From: Mobula hypostoma
Taxonomy: Eukaryota
Direction of reading: 5' to 3'
DNA length: 64,000 bases
NCBI RefSeq assembly: GCF_963921235.1
Contig: NC_086107.1
Location: forward strand, 115,260,001 to 115,324,000
The notes under the pieces were generated by a model. It ran no database searches. It saw only the letters and a program-made list of their open reading frames with translations, and was not told the DNA's origin. The translations under genes and the position numbers were made by a program. Below are positions 60,247 through 64,000 of the stretch, one piece after another (position 1 is the stretch's first letter; the number at the start of each line of letters is the position of its first letter).

Positions 60247-62075
60247 GCCCCCCCAAGCAAGTGGTGGAAGTGGAAACAATTACAAAGTTTCAAAGGCATT
60301 TAGACAGACACAAAGAACAGGCAGGGAATTGAGTGTTATAGACTACAGGCTGTTAACTGTGTGGTTTAAAATGTCATCGTCATCCTGGCACAGTTGCCCT
60401 GGGTAGGATGACCTGTTTCTAAGCTGTACAGTTCAAAGTCCCATGTTCAGCAGCGTGGAAAGTACCAAAACACGGTCCACATTCAGAAGCTCTACGGTCG
60501 CGTGGATGCTGTAAAGAGGACACCAACGCGATCTCAGAGCCCTGGCACAACGATTAGAAATATTTTATGGTTGAAAAATGCATCCAATCCTGCACATATT
60601 CGGACACACCGCAAGGACCAAGAAATAGTTCCCTTAAAAATTCAAAGTTCAAAGTACATTTATTAACAAAGTGTGTGTGTATATATATATATTATACCAC
60701 ATTGAGATTTGCCTCGCAGCAGGCAGCCACAAAACCAAGAAACCCATAGAGAACCAATTTTAAAAAGGCCGTGAAACGCGCAGAGGAAAAAACCTACCGT
60801 GCAAACAATAAATGCAGTCCACATAGAGGGTTCGTCCACAGACCCTCAGTACCCTCAGAAGCAAAAAGCCAGAAATAAACCCGATGCCACCTTACCGAGG
60901 ACAACTGAGTCACCAGTAGTTCCCTTACAATCGAGGAAATTAATATGCAACTGCAGTGACATGTAAACAATGCAAGTCTGTAACAAAATGCTGTAAAGTG
61001 TCCGCAGGTTAGGCAAAGGGTCCCTTTGTTTCATGGGTAGGACAGGTGAGCATCAGAGGGTGGAGTTCATGATGTGGCTGCCTAAGTTTTTGCTTCTGTC
61101 ACTTGTGAAGAATTGTGTGCATACGAAGAACAGAGGGACCGACCGCTCTTAACCCTGCCAAAATGAACACAGGTCCAACAACTTGATGGGCTTTATATAA
61201 TGGATTAACTGCTTGAATGGAGCTGCAGCGTCGACTGAAACAATCGTAGCATGTATATGTCATTTGATTTGAGTTATTTATTAGATTGTGGGTTTACAAC
61301 ATTGACCGTTTGTGCCTCTATGAGGCGAGTTTTACTAGATTGAGGTTTAAGGATAATGTAAATTTCAGTTCAGAGGCATCAGAGTTGAAGGAATGGTCAC
61401 AGCTAAAAGTGATCATAAAGGGTGAGGCCTGCATTGAAATGATGAGTATTGGGAGGCTCGCCTGGCAGCTTTGGAAACATGATCGTTGGAGCCAATTTTC
61501 TCTAACTTTGGTAATAATAATTTCTATTCTTTGGAGACTTCCTCAGCCGTCTCAAACTGAAACAAAGCTGCCTGCGACTGAGAGGTAACTGTCTGACACT
61601 ATCTGTTTATTCACTTTTGTTTTAAGATAGCAATTAATGTTGACATCCGTGTCCCCCAGGGCATCTTCCAGTGTATAAAGTGCACCAGTGGAAGTTAGGC
61701 AGCTCATTATTTCATTCCGACATATTTTCTTTCCCCCGTCAAGTCTCTTCTCGCAGAAAATACTCGAAACGTTTTATGCAATAGAGAAAATCTGGTACCC
61801 GAGCTTTGCTGTTGTTGGAGTTCCCGATGAGTGATACTTTATTTTCCACACAACATTACAAAAATCGTTGCGAGGGATCACCTGGTGTTTTACTTTATAA
61901 CTAATAGTTATTCTTTCTCTTAGATATATAGTCTGTGATATATACAGTACAGTACATATATGCAACTATGTGATAATGCGATTGTTTTCCATTACATTCA
62001 GTCCGTTAACTAATTTTATCCGACCCAGGGAAATGTAAGCCTGTTTGTAATTCACAAGATCTCAGATTGTGCCGT

Positions 62076-62188
62076 AACACACATCAAAGTTTCTGGTGAA
62101 CGCAGCAGGCCAGGCAGCATCTCTAGGAAGAGGTACAGTCGACGTTTCGGGCCGAGACCCTTCGTCAGGGCTAACTGAAGGAAGAGTT
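62076..62188 (-). mobile_element. 113-bp PLE-terminus insertion with perfect 12-bp TSD
   Basis: AGATTGTGCCGT at 62064-62075 and 62189-62200. Confidence 0.9.
62137..62172 (-). ncRNA. Minimal type I hammerhead ribozyme motif
   Basis: AGCC-CUGACGA-A-GGGU(CUCG)GCCC-GAAAC-GUC^-GACU; core perfect, one mismatch in stem I. Confidence 0.7.
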
Positions 62189-62591
62189 AGATTGTGCCGT
62201 GTATGCTTTCATATACCGTTGAGTCAGGGTTCATGGGGTACCTGCTTCAGGATCAAGCATTGTGAGGGGCGTCGAGCCGGAGTGGAATACATCCGCCGTA
62301 CTTTCAAATTATTTCTTTACACAATTTATTTCTGTAAATGGAATGATTTCGTCCTAAAACGAAAAAGAGCGTAGAGAACATCTGTCAGTAGACTATAAAA
62401 AGACCATATCTATTATTGAAAAAATTATACCAAGAATCTCACCGGCCGACTACTATATCCAATGTCAGTGGGCACCTGGACACTACGGCAGAGGCGAAAC
62501 TCTGCTGGAAATGTAAAATGTACACAATACATTGCGGAGAAAGGGAGACACTTCTAGATCTCACTCCTAGGTTCCAATAATACTGACCCAC

Positions 62592-63053
62592 TGATGTCCC
62601 CTTGAATAGTCCCAGTCGCCAAAACTAGAGAGAAAACGGACAGCCTAACCGTGTGTGGATGCTATGTAATTTGCAACCCTTTTACAACTTAGTGGCAAGA
62701 AGCAACAGACAGCACACTGCATACGATTAAAGGAATTATATTTATGAATCTTAACTAAAGGGTTAGTAAAGAAAAGAAAGAAGAAACAAAAAGGCCATAT
62801 TATAATTAAACCGTCCAATGTGCACCAGTTGGAGCTCAATTCACAGATCCTCAGTCGATTTCGCCGTCCGGCTCCATCAAATCACGATCTCCCAAACAGG
62901 TCGTATCCTACGACCGGTTTCCTCCAGTGTCATCAACTTCACCTCCCGCCGAATGAAGGACCCAGCTCAAATGGCAAAGCACCCGTTATCTCTAACCATA
63001 CTCCAGACACAAAGACCACTGCGTTAGCAGTGAAACCTTCCCAGGGTGCTACA
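62592..63053 (-). mobile_element. Possible solo LTR
   Basis: TG..CA ends (TGTAGCACCC on the minus strand) and an internal AT-rich poly(A)-like signal; no convincing TSD and the left boundary is uncertain. Confidence 0.3.
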
Positions 63054-64000
63054 CCTGCAACTATTACTTCAAACATGGCTGAGGTTTACAAATGGAATGT
63101 CTCTATTTCTTATTTTCAGGACTCCCAGCTTCTGGCTGCGCATGCCGCCCCGAACTCTGCACCCACTCCCACGGGGGGTGAGGCGGTGAGGTTCGTTAGA
63201 GGATTTCGCATTATTAATCTGAATATACCAGATAGTGTGCGTGTGTGTGTGTACAAGTTCTATATCCTAATCAGACCCATACTGCTTCCTGTATCGTTCC
63301 GTCTTGTCATCGGTATGACCTATTAAAATCGTCAGAGGTTTATAGATCTCTTCGAGATCGTCCAGTCTATTGTCAGAAAGACAAGCCCCTCTAACTTTAC
63401 CAATATCAATAGAACCTCAGACATTGAAAGCAAAGACCCGTTAAAAATATTATTGTACGTTCTCTAATGAAGAGATGTTTTCTTTACAAAATATGCACCG
63501 AGAATTATTTGGGAACTAACTACGGACCAGGTTTTGCAACATCACAAACTTGTTTATATTTGTCTTTTTTTCCCTGGAATTTACGTCTTGTTTTGTGTCG
63601 CCCTTTTCCTTCACAGAACTGTGTAATTTACCTATAATTGATATTCTTGTTTCTCAGTCTACGACCATGTGACGCTGCAGTAAGAACGTTTTTCACTGTC
63701 TATACCCCGTCGTACCGTGTACGTAACAACTTTAAAACCCTTGTCTTTTCAGATCTAGAGATGATCTCCGGAGCAGACAGCTATTGTATGTTTCAGTTAT
63801 AATTGCCTCTCTCGCCAACGTTGCTAGCCGCAGTACTTCGTCAGTAAACTTTACCGTTTACTGTTCGTTTTGGTACACACTTCACAATCATTTTAAATTA
63901 TATTTTATTACTTTATTTTTGGTAATGTTTTGTTTTATGTGCTGTGTCGGATATATGTAGCGTGGGTGCACCGTGGCCCGGAGGAACGTTGTTTCATTTG

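Noticed and set aside
62820..63326. 168-aa ORF
   Set aside because: Non-ATG start, no recognisable domain, and overlaps a probable repeat.

Overview
Vertebrate genomic DNA, most likely a cartilaginous fish (inferred from its repeat families). The window holds one complete + strand gene, ataxin-2-like (ATXN2L). It has 23 coding exons that I phased by hand into a 981-aa ORF (16926..49545) with LSm, LSmAD and PAM2 motifs, and a candidate alternative first exon and promoter about 10 kb further upstream (ATG at 6487). The rest is dense with decayed, often nested mobile elements: CR1 and Rex1/Babar LINEs, an R4/Dong-clade REL retrotransposon relic split by a CR1, Penelope-like elements (PLEs), V-SINEs, and Tc1, Tigger and hAT DNA transposons, plus several intronic minisatellites. 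The most interesting signals are: (1) minimal hammerhead ribozymes in PLE termini, several sense to the ATXN2L pre-mRNA, including very short ribozyme-only insertions with their own target-site duplications; (2) two phase-compatible first exons; (3) a 52-bp satellite that fills the last intron, supplies the likely branch point and has an inverted copy in intron 7. Family and orthology calls rest on motif recognition from memory; no searches were run. Repeat boundaries are approximate unless a TSD is cited.
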